Source: Nostoc sp. DedSLP01
Lineage (GTDB): Bacteria; Cyanobacteriota; Cyanobacteriia; Cyanobacteriales; Nostocaceae
Direction of reading: 5' to 3'
Length of the DNA: 64,000 nucleotides
Assembly: GCA_034530875.2 (NCBI GenBank)
Contig: JAVRCJ020000006.1
Span: forward strand, 227,552 to 291,551
Shown here: in pieces, positions 61,526 through 64,000 of the stretch
Numbering within the stretch: the stretch's first letter is position 1
Layout of the letters: every line of letters starts with the position of its first letter
Made by a program: the position numbers and the translations under genes
Notes under the pieces: model-generated
What the model saw: the letters and a program-made list of their open reading frames with translations, nothing else
What the model was told of the DNA's origin: nothing
Databases searched by the model: none

Positions 61526-62245
61526 TCATTTCCCCAACAGCCTCTGTCGCACCCCTTCAGCAATTTTGTGACCAAGATATTCAGGAATTAGGCTTTCATT
61601 CGGCCCTAGCAAGTAGAGAATTAGCCTTGTACGTCCGCGCCAAACGAGTAAATTCGCATTGACTACCAACAAATCTTCTTGCCAGATGGCGTACATCACT
61701 TTATAAAATAATCCTGGTTGATTATCAGCTTCAATCACTAGGGCAGGGAGATGAAAAACCGGATCGACATAAAACTCAGTCTGTACCTGCTCTAAACCAG
61801 TGTCAAGATTGAATTCCACTGCCAGCATTTCTTCTACCTCAAACCGACCTCCTAAAGCCTCGCGAATCGCACGACAAACATTTTCTGCGGTTTTCTCAGT
61901 CAAGGCTTTACTACCACGAGATACCAACAGTTTGATAAAAACTAACATCGGCGGACGGATCTGACCGTATAGACTCAGACCGTGGATTGTTAACCCATAA
62001 GCTGCTAGTACGCCAAAAATATCGCTGAGAAGAAAAGACTGGTTGCGGTAAGCAAAATGCAAAGCACTTTTGCTACCTTCAGGTTTCAATTCAATCACAG
62101 CGCGTCTAGTTTTATAGAGACGGTAGGCTAGCCTTAAATTTTGCAGTTGAATCTCACTGCTGACGAATTGCTCGTAAAACTGGGGAAACGCTCGGTTAAA
62201 GCGCTTTAGGAGTTCCAGTGTTGAAGATTTTAAACCAGAAGCCAT
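61526..62245 (-). CDS. Conserved hypothetical protein with ACT-like repeats
   Basis: NQSFLLSDIFGVL and ADNQPGLFYKV resemble tandem ACT motifs. Confidence 0.7.
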   Translation of the reverse strand: MASGLKSSTLELLKRFNRAFPQFYEQFVSSEIQLQNLRLAYRLYKTRRAVIELKPEGSKSALHFAYRNQSFLLSDIFGVLAAYGLTIHGLSLYGQIRPPMLVFIKLLVSRGSKALTEKTAENVCRAIREALGGRFEVEEMLAVEFNLDTGLEQVQTEFYVDPVFHLPALVIEADNQPGLFYKVMYAIWQEDLLVVNANLLVWRGRTRLILYLLGPNESLIPEYLGHKIAEGVRQRLLGK

Positions 62246-62841
62246 TGTTAAGGGTAAGACTCGCTTGCTTTCGTCACCTGGGATTAGTAGTTCGCTAAGA
62301 GAACTTGGTGGGGTAAAAGGTAAGGGGAAAAGGGTAAAGGTTTTAATCCCTTTCCCTTTCCCAAAACCTCACCGAGAATTTTTAGGTTGGTAAACCACTA
62401 GAGAGTGGGAAATTTTCCCAGATATCCAAATTCCTGATATACGATTCACTCTTAAACTAACGTGCATTTAAGCTAGATACGAAAAATTCACAGGATCTTT
62501 GCCAGAATAGGATTTTTCTGTGGTTTTTGATAAAAATCAATAGCAGTGACTTAGGTCGTTTCCCGCAAAGTTAGAAAGAGGATCGCAACAGAGGATAATT
62601 TTGAATTACTTATATTCTTCCCTTTTGCGGAATTTTTACTAGGCTTTACAACAAAATGCTAAAGTTGAAGATGATTGGTGTGAAACATGTCCTAACTAAC
62701 TGTTCCCATTACGAAGCGCGCAAACACAATCCAAAAATTTTGAGTGTCAAGCGTAGTAGATGGCGGCAACCATGTTAGGTATGAATCAACGCTCAAAGAG
62801 AGTGGAAACCAATTTAGTTATATTACCCGAACCACGTCGGC

Positions 62842-63390
62842 ATGGGTTTTTGGAAAACTTGGTTTAGTACTCCTGAGTCTGTAGCGACAACTAAGACAAA
62901 TCCTTTTGAAGAACATAACGCTGAAACTTTAGGCAATAGCCTCAGTAGTGTTAACGAAGCTTCTTCAAAAGAGGCTCGCATCGTCTTCAGTACAGAACGA
63001 GATATCGATCTGTATGAACTAGAAGAACTCTGTGATGCGGTAGGTTGGTCGCGTCGTCCTCTTAGAAAAGTAAAAAAAGCCATTGAGCATAGTTTTCTCG
63101 TCGCTTCAATGTGGCAAGTGAGAGGAAACCAAAAACGGCTCATTGGTTTTGCCCGCGCTACCTCAGATCACGCTTTTAACGCCACTATTTGGGATGTGGT
63201 AGTCCACCCAGACTTTCAAAATCAAGGGCTGGGTAAAGCGTTGATGAAATACGTCCTCAAAAAACTTAGAAGTGAAGAGATTAGCAATGTGACTCTCTTC
63301 GCCGATCCTCATGTTGTAGATTTCTACCGAACTATGGGGTTTATGCCAGATCCAGAAGGTATTAAAGGCATGTTCTGGTATCCTCACTAA
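62842..63390 (+). CDS. GNAT acetyltransferase (Ycf52-like)
   Basis: [38 protein letters not shown]. Confidence 0.92.
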   Translation: MGFWKTWFSTPESVATTKTNPFEEHNAETLGNSLSSVNEASSKEARIVFSTERDIDLYELEELCDAVGWSRRPLRKVKKAIEHSFLVASMWQVRGNQKRLIGFARATSDHAFNATIWDVVVHPDFQNQGLGKALMKYVLKKLRSEEISNVTLFADPHVVDFYRTMGFMPDPEGIKGMFWYPH

Positions 63391-63695
63391 GACTTGATGC
63401 AAATAAAATCCAATTTGCACAATAAAATCAGGTATATTAGTAAAGGTCTACTATTTTGGTCTGTTTTAGCAAGGTTTAGCCGACAAACAAGCAAGTATTA
63501 TATGTCTTGTAAAACTCAGTCGGCAGAAAAACCTTTACTATAATGTGAAGATGTTATCTGTTTCATCTTTACAAAGATGAAAAAAATTATGCATGAGCGA
63601 TATTATGTGATATGATATTCATAATGCTTTTGTGAAAACACAGATAGCTCTGCAAATAAGTTATCAGAGAATCGGAAAAAGTAGATATGTATAGC

Positions 63696-63769
63696 CGGGA
63701 TGTAGCGCAGCTTGGTAGCGCGCCTGCTTTGGGAGCAGGATGCCGCAGGTTCAAATCCTGTCATCCCGA
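63696..63769 (+). tRNA. trnP: tRNA-Pro (TGG)
   Basis: CGGGATG/CATCCCG acceptor stem, CCTGC-TTTGGGA-GCAGG anticodon arm, GGTTCAAATCC T-arm; CCA not encoded. Confidence 0.97.
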
Positions 63770-64000
63770 TTTGTAGAGACGTTGCATTGCAATGTCTCTA
63801 AATTTTTTTAATAGGAAAAAATCGTGGGGTATGATTCCGATCCAGCAACAGTAGCCTTAGTCTATCTGCCTAATTCTTTTTTGAAATTGCTATTAAAATA
63901 TTTGATTAATTAAACCCAAATGTCTGAAGGGGTGACAGTAAGGCTATAATGCTGACTGAATAAGCGTCATGGCGCGTAGACCTTTCTGAAAATGAGGTAG

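Noticed and set aside
63696..64000. tRNA-Pro as an integration site for an island
   Set aside because: No integrase or duplicated tRNA 3' end in the window; only a small GTAGAGAC...GTCTCTA hairpin follows

Overview
Chromosomal segment of a heterocyst-forming cyanobacterium (Nostoc/Anabaena-like). Supporting signs are frequent HIP1 GCGATCGC octamers, STRR heptamer repeats, hetZ-patU, ccbP, amiC1-amiC2-murI and the psaF-psaJ-psaL order. Most of the window is conserved core: pdxH, ubiD-like, vipp1/pspA, menB/menD, folB, rbsK, mreBCD, ssb, sds, remA, gmk, tsaD and tRNA-Pro. The accessory content is more interesting: (i) a HIP1-poor island at about 50.5-55.5 kb with a single-polypeptide methyltransferase-TRD-nuclease in an unusual M-S-R order, a divergent HTH regulator with a tandem palindromic operator, and an orphan ORF; (ii) a lone AT-rich PD-(D/E)xK-like ORF at 27-28 kb; (iii) a nuclease-like/TPR fusion divergent from a gene with a hydrophobic hairpin; (iv) a frameshifted Rpn-family gene whose C-terminal part has its own RBS; (v) many miniature mobile repeats, including HIP1-targeted inserts that sit in frame inside genes; and (vi) a 90-nt structured element with CRISPR-repeat-like ends between gmk and psaL. 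No CRISPR array, rRNA or intact transposase was seen. All calls come from reading by eye and recalled family motifs; no searches were run.
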